A stretch of DNA of 64,000 nucleotides. Source: Guillardia theta CCMP2712. Lineage: Eukaryota > Protista > Cryptophyta. Of this stretch, positions 37,672 to 50,300 are shown piece after piece. How positions within the stretch are numbered: position 1 is the stretch's first letter; every line of letters begins with the position of its first letter. The stretch lies in NCBI RefSeq assembly GCF_000315625.1, contig NW_005434500.1, positions 33,793 to 97,792 of the forward strand. Direction: 5' to 3'. The notes beneath the pieces are model-generated. The model was not told the origin of the DNA. It made no database searches and was given only the letters and a program-made list of their open reading frames with translations. The translations under genes and the position numbers were made by a program.

Positions 37672-38620
37672 ATGTCCATATCTTTGATCTCTTCCTTTCT
37701 TTTGTATACGACTCCGGTCCTGACAGTCAGTGCAATTCTTTTCCACGATGTCCCTGGTGGACTGAGCTTGTCATTGTCCAACATCGGCCCCTCGATTGGA
37801 ATGACTGCTGGAGACTCCATATTGCCAGTGAAGCTTGGTAAAAGTGAATTCCTACGCTTTTCAATGGTTCAACATATCCAGTCTAGGGTATTAGTGCAAA
37901 CCGCGACAACACTGTAACTCACGCATGCTGCTTCAGGTCATGTGCTTGAGGGGCGGTGAAGGAGACGAAAATAAGATGAATGATGATGACGGAATCATCC
38001 ATCCTCCCCAAGTATGCGTGATTACAAACTCTGGAAAGAATTATTCTTTCGCCGATGGAAAGATTTTCATTTCAAAATCTTTGAGGGAGAAAGCTGGTGT
38101 GAAATCGTTGTTTGTAAGTAATGTTTTATGAGGTCCAAACAACTAAGTAGATGTTCGACAGACAGGTGACATCGTGAAAGTGAAAGCAAAGGAGCTTGTT
38201 AAGGAAAACAAATGGATTGCAACTCATATCCGCCTTGTACAAAGGAACAACACGAAATTCCTGGAGAACAGAACTAAATCCGAAGAAGCGAGTGCGCAGC
38301 CGAGCAAAAAAGAGAAGAAAGCAGCCAAATCGAAGGAAATCCCTGCAGATGGAGATTCAGCAAAGGTTGCCAAAAAGAGTTCTGCAACGAAAGCTTCCAA
38401 GGCTACAAAAGAATCATCTGAAAAATCGTCGAAGGCAACCAAAAAATCCTCGAAACAATCTGAAAAGAAGGAAGCTGAAAAGATGTCAGATGACCAAGGT
38501 TCTCCTGATGAAGAAAAGGTATTCATCACTGCTTTCGCTGACTGATTTGTTGACAAGAACTGCAGGCCAAGAGCAAAAAGAAGAAGAGCGCCAAGTCTTC
38601 TTGAATTGGCATGATGAAAT
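37672..38620 (+). CDS. signal-peptide protein with S1-like OB-fold and Lys-rich tail; multi-exon
   Basis: Hydrophobic N-terminus and an LRGG motif. VITNSGKNYSFADGKIFIS...GDIVKVKA...KWIATHI resembles the CCAR1/DBC1-type S1-like domain. Confidence 0.5.
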
Positions 38621-39843
38621 GTGATTCAATCAAAGATTCAACATTTGTTCGATAATTGTTCGATGCCCGATTTTGCAAAATAAGTGTGTGAAAACCAAGC
38701 TGCTTCTTGTTTTGTGTAATGTTGCTGCAAGCGAGTAAAGGTATCACAAGATCCGATGCACAACAGCACCAACTAAGGAAGACTTTTCGAAGCTAATATC
38801 TAAGGCAGTTTCTCTTGCCATCGCTCTATTTTGCGACTTGCTTTTCCGTCTCCAACCAAGCAAAAACACTCTTGCAATGACGGGTGACTCCAAACCATCT
38901 ATACCAGCCCCAGAGAGGTTGCGCGCCAGAAATGCTCAATACCTCCTTGATTCTGATAGTCTGCGTTGATAAATTCTTTGTTGCTTGGATTTTTTGTTCT
39001 ATGTCTCCTTTGAGCCTTTCTATTTGGAGTCAATTTGAAAGTTTCAGTGGCGAGAGAAGATTGCGACATGTCGGGTTGTAACCTCCGTTTATTCCATCAT
39101 TGTCGAATCAAAATTTTACAACTATCTTTGTATATTGTGTAAGTTATGAGTATTATGTAGCTCTTTTGATACTGTCTGATGAAACTGAAAATGACATGAG
39201 ATGTCATTTCTCAGGGTTTCTGCCCAGCGTCAATCAATGTGTGAACATACACAAGTATCGATCTGCACTGGTTATATTTGTAGAGGAAGAAACAAGAAGG
39301 AAGCAGAGAACTTCGGAATAAATCATGATGATGAGGTACAACATGTGCATAACTTGCTAGCATAGAAGCGATGCTCAAAGTTAGCTTAAAAATCAGTACG
39401 AGGACCATCAGGAGAGTCGAGGAACTTACTAACTGATACCTTTACTTAACTGCGCGCAGGCCCTGATCGGGAGAGTCGGACCATTCAATTCCCCCGGGCC
39501 CGCGACTCGTGACAGGGGATAGAAGTGACGGGATTGTCCTGAGCGCAGTGAAGTGATGTGTATCATGTGAATCATGTGCCGCCGGGTAACTCCGGGTACC
39601 GGGTCCGATCAGTCAGTGCGGCTGCCGCGTGACTCAGCCGCGTGCTCAGCGGCGGTCCCCGGCGCGGATCAGTCGTACGCCGGTCACCAGTCACTGACTG
39701 TGGCTCAGCAAGTTTGCCTCACTGACTGAGTGACAGCACTGAAGTTGTCTGTCACAGTTGTTTACTGCGGTTATCTTCGTCTGAGACTGCAACTTTAAAA
39801 TCGACTCCCGGACCTTGAAAGCCAACATTTAAGCTCAAGCTTT

Positions 39844-40131
39844 CTACTGCTTGCTCTCACTCCCTGCCTTCAGCTCAAGGTCGGTCTGGTCAGCCTTGTT
39901 GACTTGCGTGTCCTCCTGTTGTTGAACATCGCCTCCAACAGTGTTTGCATCTACATCACAGTTAGAAAGATTCCTTGACAGATTTGAACAAGCACCAAGA
40001 TCCGTTTTCTTGGCGTCAGTGTCCGCCTTGGCGTAGTTCTCACTATTGTCTTGGTCCTGGTCCTGGTCCTGGTCCTGGTCCTGGTCCTGGTCCTGGTCCT
40101 GGTCCTGGTCCTGGTCCTGGTCCTGGTCCTG

Positions 40132-40191
<60 letters not shown>

Positions 40192-43100
40192 CTCATCCTC
40201 GTCGTCGTCGTCCTCATCCTCGTCGTCGTCGTCCTCATCCTCATCATCCTCATCATCGTCGAAGGAAAACTCCGAAGGCAAGGAGTCCTCGTCTGATTCT
40301 TGTTCAGATTCATTAACTTCGCCCTCATCAGCATCGGCATCATTCTGCTTTTCGCTCTCGAGAGAAATCTCATCGGCTTTTTCGTCAATCAAACTCGTAC
40401 TTGCCTCAACTTTCGTGGGATTTGCATTTCCACTCGCCTCACTCTCGGGCAAGTCACCACAAGGTTTTTCTTGGGATTCTTCGTCAGGATTGTTTCCAAC
40501 ATCTTGCAGCGGCTGTCCTTCCTCGGCGATCGATGGTTTCTCTTCCATGGTCGTGTTTGCGTTGGGAAGAGCCTTCGCTGCTTCTTCCTCTTTCTTCTTC
40601 TGTATTGCATCAAGCTTGTGCCTCAAAGCCTGCGCTTTCCTGTCTGCTTCGTTCATCGCAAGCTCTCCCGCAGACAGAGCAGGTTCAGTCTCCTCCATTG
40701 TCGATGCTTCTAAGTTTTCCTTTGTGATCTGGACATAAACCACCGTTCGATTCGACCGTCTTCTCCTTGTGGCTTTTGCCGATTCGACTTGCGCAACTGA
40801 TGAGTCTGCAGGCGTTGTGGCGACTTCATTCATCGCCCTTGCCTTCTTGCCTTTTTTCTTTTTCGTTATATCATCCTTGTCTGCTTTCTGTTCAGCATTC
40901 TTACCTGAAGAGTTCTTAAGGTCTTTCTCCTTCTTCGACTTTTGCGAAGCTTTCTTTGCCTTCTTTTCTTGCTTGCTTGCCTTTGAATCACTTTCTTGTC
41001 TGGTGACAACTTCGGTATCATCAGCAGCACGTTTCTTGTCCTTTCGAGCAGTTCTCGAAGGCTTAGCTTCGGCAGGCTTGTCCTGGGGTTTAGGCTTCTT
41101 CTTGGACTTGAGCTTCTTGGACTTTTCCTGGGGCTCCTCCTGTTTGGGCTCCTCCTGGGGCTCCTCCTGGGGCTTGTCTTGTGGCTTGTCTTGGGGCTTA
41201 TCCTGGGGCTTGTCTTGGGGCTTGTCCTGGGGCTTGTCCTGGGGCTTGTCCTGGGGCTTGTCCTGGGGCTTGTCCTGGGGCTTGTCCTGGGGCTTGTCCT
41301 GGGGCTTGTCTTGGGGCTTGTCCTGGGGCTTGTCCTGGGGCTTGTCCTGGGGCTTGTCCTGGGGCTTGTCCTGGGGCTTGTCCTGGGGCTTGTCCTGGGG
41401 CTTGTCCTGAGGCTTGTCCTGGGGCTTGTCCTGGGGCTTGTCCTGGGGCTTGTCCTGGGGCTTGTCCTGGGGCTTGTCTTGGGGCTTGTCCTGGGGCTTG
41501 GGCTCGGCTTCTTTCTTCTGCACTTGGTGTTCTTCAGTGACGCAGTTCTGCTCAGACGAGGAAGAAAGTTTCCGCATCTGCTCTTGGGCGTGTTGCTCGA
41601 CTTGTTTCAGTTTCTCTTCGAGTTTTTGAAAGGATGGCCTCTTGCTGGTCGATGATTGCCAACAATCCTGCATGATGACATAGATGATGCCAGGGCATTG
41701 ACTTGGCTGTGGAAGGATGTTGCCATTGATGATCATGCTGGGTATGTCAGCTGACGTGCCTGAGTATGGCAGCTCGCCATATGACCACATCTCCCACATG
41801 GTAACGCCAAATGCCCACACGTCTGATTTCTCACTGAAGAGTCTTTTCGAGATCATCTCCGGAGCCATCCATACGTTCCATTCCTGGTTGGAACCGAAGT
41901 CATCAGACGCGTCTTCCATATCCGACTCCACTGCCATGTTTGACAAGTCAGCCACCTTGACCAGAACTTGGCTGGGGTCCTGAAGATCGAATTGAAACAC
42001 AAAAACATTCCGTGCCGATAGGTTGCGATGAACGAGTCCGCGCCTGGCTATGAAAGCCATGGCTTGGCTTACTTGCTTTGCTGCTGAGACCAAAACAAGA
42101 TCATCCACCTTGTAGCCCTCCAGTGATATTTTCAACAGAAGGCCTCTCAGGGATCCTCTTTGGGCAAATTCCATGACCATACACAGCTCTCCATTTTCGT
42201 CAATGGTCATGCCGTAGAATTCGAGAACGTTGGGATGTTTTCCGAGCTCCGAGTACATGGGAACCTCATTGTGTAATGAATGTTGTGTTGACTTTTCGCT
42301 CCGATGTTTCACGATTGCAGCAACAACCGCTCTATCGTCTTTGTACTGCGCTCGTCGTACGGTTTTGAACTTTCCTTCTTCAAAATAAGACCTATCGATT
42401 TCAAACATATCGAAAGGGAGCCGATCGATATTTCTGTCGTCACTAGGCTCAGTATCGACCTTGATGAAGGCTTGTTTCGGTTTGTTGGGCGCTGCTTTCG
42501 CTGTTTTCGAGCTCACCTTGTAATCAATTCTAGCTTCTTCATCTGCATTCTTTTGCGTCACCACCTTCCCTTTCAGATGCTCGTCCATCACTTTTCCTGT
42601 CGCTGTTTGCTTAGCCTTCTTGGCAAAATAGCAGGCTGGAAAAATTGCACAAAGAGAAAGCAGGCCGAGCAGAGTGTTTGCAGTAGAGCCTGAAACATCG
42701 TCTATCGATAGTTCCGTCGAATCACATGAGGTAGCCCCTTCCAGCGAGCTATTTGCACAAGTCTGGCAGTGAGTCGAACCATACCAAGTAGAGTAAGTGC
42801 CATTTCCGCACACGCTGCAGTTTGTTGAGGATGTGTTTGGTGAATATTGTCCTGGAGGACAATATTCGCACGGAGCTGTGCCGTTGGAATATTTACCTGC
42901 AGCACAGGGTGTGCAGCTGGTGGACCCGATGCTCCACGAGTTTCCAGGAGGGCAGCTGCAAGTCAACGGTTTAAGATTTGAGAAACTGGCTGATGAGCAT
43001 CCTTGACAGCTAGAGCTCCCTGCTAGCGACCAAGTGCCATAATCGCAGGCCAGGCATCCGGTTCCCTCATATGGCCAGAATGTGCCAGCTGGGCAGGTCA

Positions 43101-44013
43101 GGCACACAGTAGCTCCCGATGAGGAGTACCTGCCTGCGCCGCAACTTTCACAAGTTGTCGACCAACTGGGCAGGTACTGGCCTCCAGGGCATGACTCACA
43201 TCGCGACCAAGACCAATCAGGCTTCTTGCCAGGAGGACAAGACATACACGACGAAGATCCGCCACGTGAGTAGGAGCCTGTTGCACAAGTCTTGCAACTT
43301 GATTGTCCACTCGTGGAATATGTCCCTGCACTGCACGAGGAGCAGAAACTCTGCCCTGAAAATCTTGAGAAGTTCCCGGCGTTACACGGAAGGCATGTCG
43401 ATCCCAGCAGATAATTCCCTGCAGAACATTGCGACGTGCTGCAGGTATCCCAAGGGGTTTGCAAAAGAATTCTGCTGTTTGTATAACTTACATCATACTC
43501 TCCATTTGCAGTGTACAGTGCTGAATGAGCAAGATCAACTCTACCTCCAGCAACGGGAGGGTTCAAAGGATCCTTGACGACGCCCCTCCAATAGTTGCTC
43601 GTATAGAACATATTTCCATTTTCCACAACAATTCCGAGGGTTGACCAAGTATGGTCTGCGATGACTTGGAGAGTATCTGCTGTCTCAGGCGCAATGTACC
43701 ACAAGGAAGGAAGGCTCAAAGTTCCATTCTGTTGGGTGATAAGGTCTCCATCTGCAGATGCTTCCAAATCCAAAGTTTGGTACCAGTACTCGTTGTAAAG
43801 GACAGAACCTTGGCAATAGTCCGATGCTGAATACCTTCTCTGACCTGTCAACGAAACTATTGTTTCAGGACCAAAGGAAGGATTCCGGTAAACAGCTTGA
43901 ATGGATTGATGAGAGATTTTCTCGTTGGCTGCAGTGCTCATGCCCATACTGGCAAGAAATGGAGCAGTCATCTGCAACGCTAACAGCGCAACAAAGAAAC
44001 TATCCTTGGTCAT
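39844..44013 (-). CDS. intronless receptor tyrosine-kinase-like protein (GCC2/GCC3 Cys-rich ectodomain, TM, kinase-like domain, low-complexity tail); probable pseudokinase
   Basis: ORF of ~1390 aa with ATG at 44013 and a signal peptide. It has CxxCxAG(T/S)YS repeats, TM LLGLLSLCAIFPACYF, HPNVLEFYG, HRNLSARN, WMAPE, FSEKSDVWAFGVTMWE...GELPY and CW...RPSF. Confidence 0.92.
41160..41500 (-). repeat. coding 12-bp tandem repeat (QDKP), ~28 copies
   Basis: CCTGGGGCTTGT units within the kinase ORF. DQ and poly-D repeats lie at 40050-40260. Confidence 0.95.
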
Positions 44014-44075
44014 TTGATAGCTGTGATAGCGCAATCAGGGACGAAATGTAAAGAGGGAGGCGCCGGAAGGGTGAA

Positions 44076-44392
44076 GACGAGGAGGGACGAGGAGAGGGCA
44101 GGGACGAGGAGGGACGAGGAGAGGGCAGGGACGAGGAGGGACGAGGAGAGGGCAGGGACGAGGAGGGTGCAGGGGAGGGCAGGGACGAGGAGGGACGAGG
44201 AGAGGGCAGGGACGAGGAGGGTGCAGGAGAGGGCAGGGACGAGGAGGGACGAGGAGAGGGCAGGGACGAGGAGGGACGAGGAGAGGGCAGGGACGAGGAG
44301 GGACGAGGAGAGGGCAGGGACGAGGAGGGACGAGGAGAGGGCAGGGACGAGGAGGGACGAGGAGAGGGCAGGGACGAGGAGGGTGCAGGAGG
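44076..44392. repeat. 27-bp purine-rich minisatellite, ~12 copies, just upstream of the kinase ATG
   Basis: GACGAGGAGGGACGAGGAGAGGGCAGG units. Confidence 0.95.
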
Positions 44393-44899
44393 TGTGACCT
44401 GTTGCTTCGCAGGAGGGACGGTGGTAAGGAAACCAGAGGGGAGGAAGCAAGAAAGAGTTCAACGAGGGGGCCTAGGAGGTCCTAGGGCTGATAAGACTTC
44501 ACCAGGACTCACCTATTGACACAAAATGTGCCCATGGCCCCAACTGAAACCCAGGGCGGTGCCTCCTAAGGAATTCCTAGGACCCATTTCGTAGTTCTTG
44601 TCCTAACCCCTTCTATGTCACCCATTTCATGACACGCCGGCACCATTTTTAATCGGATCATTTTAGCACAGTCCGGGACCGGGGCCCCTAGTATTTTATT
44701 GAGGCGGGTTTGTAGGCTTTATCCTCCCCCTCCTTTGTTTGCTCCGGTTTGCCCTTCTTTTTCAGTCAATAAAAAATCTATTTGACTCGCTGTGACCCCA
44801 AGTCGCTGTCTAGTCCGGCTAGTTTCTAGTTAGTGACAGCCTGCCGCGGGGGCTTCAAGTGAGCCAGGCTTGCACCGCTCGAAGCTCCGGGCCTTTGGA

Positions 44900-46863
44900 A
44901 GCGCCTGCACATCAGAATGAAAGTGAAGGGATCAATGAGTTAGAAGGAAATCAATGGGAATTGAAGCTCACCTGGACAGCATTCGTAGCTGGCGACGAGA
45001 TGATCTCGAGCAATCTCCATCAGCTTCACCTGCATAATTTTAGACGAACAGGAGCATTGCTGTGGCTCCTGCACGTTCGAATCGTCGCTCTTTCCCTTTC
45101 CCTTGTTATGGATCGCCTGGGATTGAGATGCCTATCAGCAGCCGGCTACCTGCAATCGCGTTGCTCACCGTTGTGCAGAGGATCATACCGAGAGCGGCTC
45201 TTGAATTGTCCATACTGAGAGAGCTTTACCGGAAAGGATGATGCCAAAATAGAATTACCTTTTGAGTTCCAAAGACTGCGCATAATAACTGCGAGCAAGA
45301 TGGTGTTCCTCTAGAGTGTAAAGCACTTCGGCTAGCTTGAGGTGCGACAAGTAGGACATCTGTCAATACATCCCCTCGTCAGTTTGTTATTTCATCGCAT
45401 CAATAACTCACTGGCGCAAGGATAAGAACCTCTTCTAGTGCCTTTCTGGCATTCTCCTGCATGTGAACTTCAGATCGATCGCTTTTCCATGATCAAGGCA
45501 CGGGGTTGACCAGCTGCTGCATTTCAAGATAGACGTCGGCAAGCTCCTGTACCAAGGTTACAGGAGGCCATCTAACGAACAAGCCATGAAACATGTTGCA
45601 CCTTCCAGGCTTCAGCGTCAGTTGGATACATTTCTAGATACGCATTGAGCTGCCTGAAAAAATTGTGAACCAAGGAAAAATATCAATAAGACAAACCCGA
45701 TCGCCAACGCGATGGCTTCGGCAGTTCCTTGTCCACGGTGAAGTGCAATCTGCGGAGTAGACTTATATGAAGATAGCCCAGATGAAGACTACCTTCCGCT
45801 TCCTCGCGAATACGTTGAAAGGATCTTCATCAAGCTTTGCGAGGTGTAAGCACAAACAACATTAAGCTCATGACATAAAGCTAGTACGATTTCTGTGTAA
45901 ATTTCCATTGCCCTTCCTGTTGAATCCAATCATTTGAACCAAAAAAAGTGATCGCAATCAATTGAAAAAATCTGAGAAATCCTAATCACAAGCAAACAAA
46001 ACAGCACTGACAGCATCAAAACACCAGATGCAAACAGACCTGCCAACTTAGAGGATTGTTCTGATGTCAATCCGCTGTGATGTGCCTGTGCCTAAGAAAA
46101 AATGTAAAGGCTTTGAAAATGAAGCCTCTTTTCAGAGAACGACTTATGGAATTCAAAATATTGTTCTTGCAAGAAGTTCGCTTTTGAAATTAAAACAGTA
46201 CATACCTCGAAGATCATTCCTTCCAGTGCACGCACACGCAGACTGGTGGGAAATCTTTGTTCCAGAAGCTGAAATAGGGCTTGTAAGTGAATGAGACGAA
46301 AGGCAGACAACTACTTCGAATTGTTTCCTTGCAATTTCGAATTTATGTCTATGAATGATCAGTCAGCCCCTTCTTTCGGTTTAGTTGAAATACTGACAGG
46401 TCCAGAGCAGCCATAAAAACTTGCTCTCGTATTTCCCATTGACTATTGCCCAAACTTGCTCGTTGTCTTTCAGAACGGTCAGCTCAAGGTCATTAGGCAA
46501 GGAATGTACAACTTTTCAAGCATAGCAAGCCCTTGGGGCAGCACAAGATCAGGGCGACGCATCCGCTTCAACCGAGCTTCTTCGACTGAGGTGACCAAGT
46601 TATCCAAACAAATCACTCAATACACCGTTTTTTACAAGTCAAACATAGAAAGCAATATGTTGATGGATGGACAATGCTGTACATCGTGATGTTTTTCAAG
46701 AGTACAAGGGAAATATGTTTGCCTTGGCCCCTTCCTCTGCTTTTACTTCCCTTTCACTGAATGGCTCCTGCCGCGATCATAATTTCTCGCTGTCTCTTTC
46801 TTAGTGAGAACTACCTATGGTCGCGTATGGCAATAAGGGAGCAAACTGAAATGGATGGAGCAT
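44900..46863 (-). CDS. hypothetical multi-exon protein
   Basis: Many short exons with GT-AG introns (e.g. TEEARLKRMRRPDLVLPQGLAMLEK). No family recognised. Confidence 0.4.
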
Positions 46864-47311
46864 AACACAAAAGTTTTTACACGTGCGTGAGTTCTCTTCG
46901 GAGGAAATCAGAGTCCGAAGATCCGAGTGAGAGAGTTGTGAGAACAAATTTGAAATCAAATGACGACAAGGAGTGGAATACGGTGAAATAATATGTGATG
47001 TGATCACTGTTCTTTCATCAAGAAAACTATCTCTTGCTGTGCGTTCTGATCTCCTTGCTTTTCATTTTCTCTATTCCAACCCTATCACTATCTTATGCGA
47101 TTCTGGTTATCATCGCTCGTTCTGTTTAGTTTTCATCTTCTTGATCATCGTCATCACGCCGCTCTCATCTCATCATCCCCATTCTCTCACTCCTTGCCTG
47201 TGAGGTCGGCGTCTGCCATCCCGAGTGCTTCTCTCGTTTTTGACCCTACCCCCTCGTTCATCACCATATCTAGGACCGGTGGATGCGTAATTATGACCCC
47301 ACCCCCCGTCG

Positions 47312-50300
47312 ATGTCTCGCAGTGCCTTCTTTTTTTGGGTCAAGGCGAACAGTTTGATTGATAGAGTCATGGAGGGGATGAAAGCACCCCAGCCCCTCCT
47401 CCTCCTCCTCTTCCTCCCTCCCGGCAGTTCCGATGGCAGTCAAGTCACCCAACACGTCGGATATGGCGGTGGCAGGCTTGCATTAGAGCAGATACGATCC
47501 TACTTCCAATCGATAGCAGGAGAAGTCCAAGAGGTTACGATAGCGAGAAGTGGTCGGAATGGTTCGATTCGATTTCGACGGCCTGAAGGAACTCAAAGAG
47601 CACTGAAGCAACAGGAAGGAAAGGGCAAGCATTCGATAGATGGTGTTGTCGTTTCTGTCTCTTTGCCCTTTGAGATGCGTATGGAAGATGCCTTAAACCC
47701 TTTGAAACAAATCGTTGGGGAGAACAACAATTTCTTCAAGCGTTCCAGCAACAATCTACCTCTTGGATCAGATTGTTCTATCTTGTATTTGAACGTCAAG
47801 CGTCTGCGTGAATTACCTGCCCCTCCCAGAGGTCCGACAACTGTGTCGCATGTTTACGTGAGGGTAGGAGTAGGAGAGAAGCAGCAAACCATGAAAATGC
47901 GAATTAAGGCGTCATGGATCAATCCCGTCTTCACCTTCAATGAAAGTTTTCACTTTGAGTTACAATCTGATGGTGAGCTCAACTCATGTCATGCTCACCC
48001 AAAGCAAGAATTTTTTGATTCATCTCTGTCTTATACAGGAAGTACCAACCACATCTTCGTTGAGTGTGGGTACGTTGCTGCGAGCACAGAACAAGCCATA
48101 TCTGCCGTTCTTATCAATATCAATGGTACGTTGTGCTCCTACATTTGATATGCTTTTTTGTTTTTCATTTTGCGTTTCACTAGCTTGTCTTGCAACAACC
48201 TGATCAAACAGCAGATGATCTTCTGGATCGGAGCATATGGCATGATCTTCGATCACTCGCTGATTACGACCCGTTTGCAATGTTCGAAAGCAAGGGCATG
48301 TCTTGCATGGGAAAGTTGGAGCTTGTAGCATCCCTTAAGAAGAATAACACCATGGAAAGTGAAGTAGAAGAAACCAGGTGAACCATATCCTGTTCATGTC
48401 ACATGCGTGACTGGTCGCAGCAGCAAGCCTACCCAACAACGAACACGACGGTGAACTAGCGTCTTTTTATGCTTGAATCTGATTCTTGTTCGTTGACTTA
48501 GATCCTCTTTGTACTTCAAATTTGCCCATGCTCCCCCTGGTTGCTCTGTGCGGTTTCTCCTTGTGTCACTCTCAACCCGCTTCCAGGAAGTATGGAGAAA
48601 CAGGCTCTGCTTGCACATCGGCGACCAGCTTCTGCACTGGAACCGATAAGGCATGAGGCATCATCGTGCAAGGAAACCTCCAATTTCCACTCTGCAAAGA
48701 AACTGACGATGATATTTGTTGTATCCTGACGGTGTTGTATACAACAATATTCCACTCCATCTCATTTTCATATGCATCTCATGTTGTGAACCTAAACCCT
48801 AAATCCATTATTGTGTCCTGCTTTTCCCCACTTTTCTATCTACAGATCCCTCAAAAATTGCCAGCTTCACGGAGGTGGGAAGACAGTCGCATGGAGCAGC
48901 GGCTGGACGTGCTGGTCTCGGACAAAAAGTTGCAGGATCATGCTTACTTGGAAATAGGTGCCCAAGAATCTCATCGCTAGAAAAAAGATTTTCAAAGGGT
49001 GCGAACGTAGCAATTTTGCCATCCTTGACGATGATACATGATGTCAGAGAGGCGCTTGAAGACCACATGAAGGTTGAGAGTAGCGCAGCAGTTGCTGCTA
49101 ACTCCCTGCAGGTCGCAATAGTCGAAGATGCTGAAGAGTGTCAAGGACGAGCAAGGAAGGTCAAAAGGAAACGTCTCATTGCTGTTGCGTATTCCTAACA
49201 GCCCTACGGCCTACCAGTGTCTACAGTGTTTGGGGAAAAATTCGATCTACTACTTCAAGGAAGGCTTGAAGCTGAGGTTTGACATTTTCATCCCTGCGGC
49301 ATTCTTACTCCAATGATCCCGTGTTCGCTTTGTATGTTACGTCATGACCAATCTCTTGCCTTTAAAGTCCCTCGTTTTAGCATTGCTTGTTTCTTGTATC
49401 TTGTTTGCAATGTCTCTTCATTTGTTTTTCACACTTACCATGTGTTTTGATGTACTTTCTATGTTCCTTGAATATCACAGCAAACGCCAAGATTCCGACG
49501 GGATCGCCCAGACTTTGGGAATGTTCCGAAAGGTCTACCCCTTTGTCACCACCAAACTCTTCCACACATCAGCAGTTTTTTGAATTCACAAACAAAACAA
49601 CAACACTCTTTGTAAGCTCAACCTGCAATAGAAGCAATTGTAATTGAGCTCCTCAATACATATAATCCATCACAACTTTCTTCATCACCGTATCACACTA
49701 GACTGGAAGGACCACTCCTTTTCTTGTATTGTCTTCGATCACAACAAAAATGGGATCCTTGAAACTTTTTGCACTTATGCTCAATGCTGTGTCATTGCCG
49801 TTTTCTTTGCAGGAGACAAATTTCATTCTTAAGCATCGCCTTACCATCTGATTCTGACTTTGTTCTATGTGCAAGGCTGCTATCTGTGAGGCTAGAAAAC
49901 CATTGCGACCTGAGATCAAGCACGAAGCTTTTATGCAGATCGGAGGCAAGTTAGAGATTGCATGGCAGGTGCAGATGAACTTTCCTTAGGCGTACTCGAC
50001 AAAATCGGCGAGCCAATTCGAGCAGCTCAGGTGCTTGTCAGGAGACAGAGATGAGAGGTAACTGACGTCAGCAGTGCTATTTGGATGCGCTTGAAGGGAG
50101 GAAGGAGACTGTGTTGGCGAACAGAACGAACAATGACGACAACGTGAACCTGCTGTTCAATGCCGGGCTGAATCTCTTCAAGGGAAAGCGATACACAGAG
50201 GCCATCGTAGTCTTGGATGAGGTCAGGGGTTCACAGCTCTGCTGAGATGTTTGAGAAGCAAGATCGAGTTAAATGCGGTCAGGTGCTGCGGCTTAACCCT

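Noticed and set aside
39951-41655. Overlapping ORFs with poly-R, SW, VL, GLSW or ACPG repeats
   Set aside because: These are alternative-frame and antisense shadows of the kinase's coding repeats.
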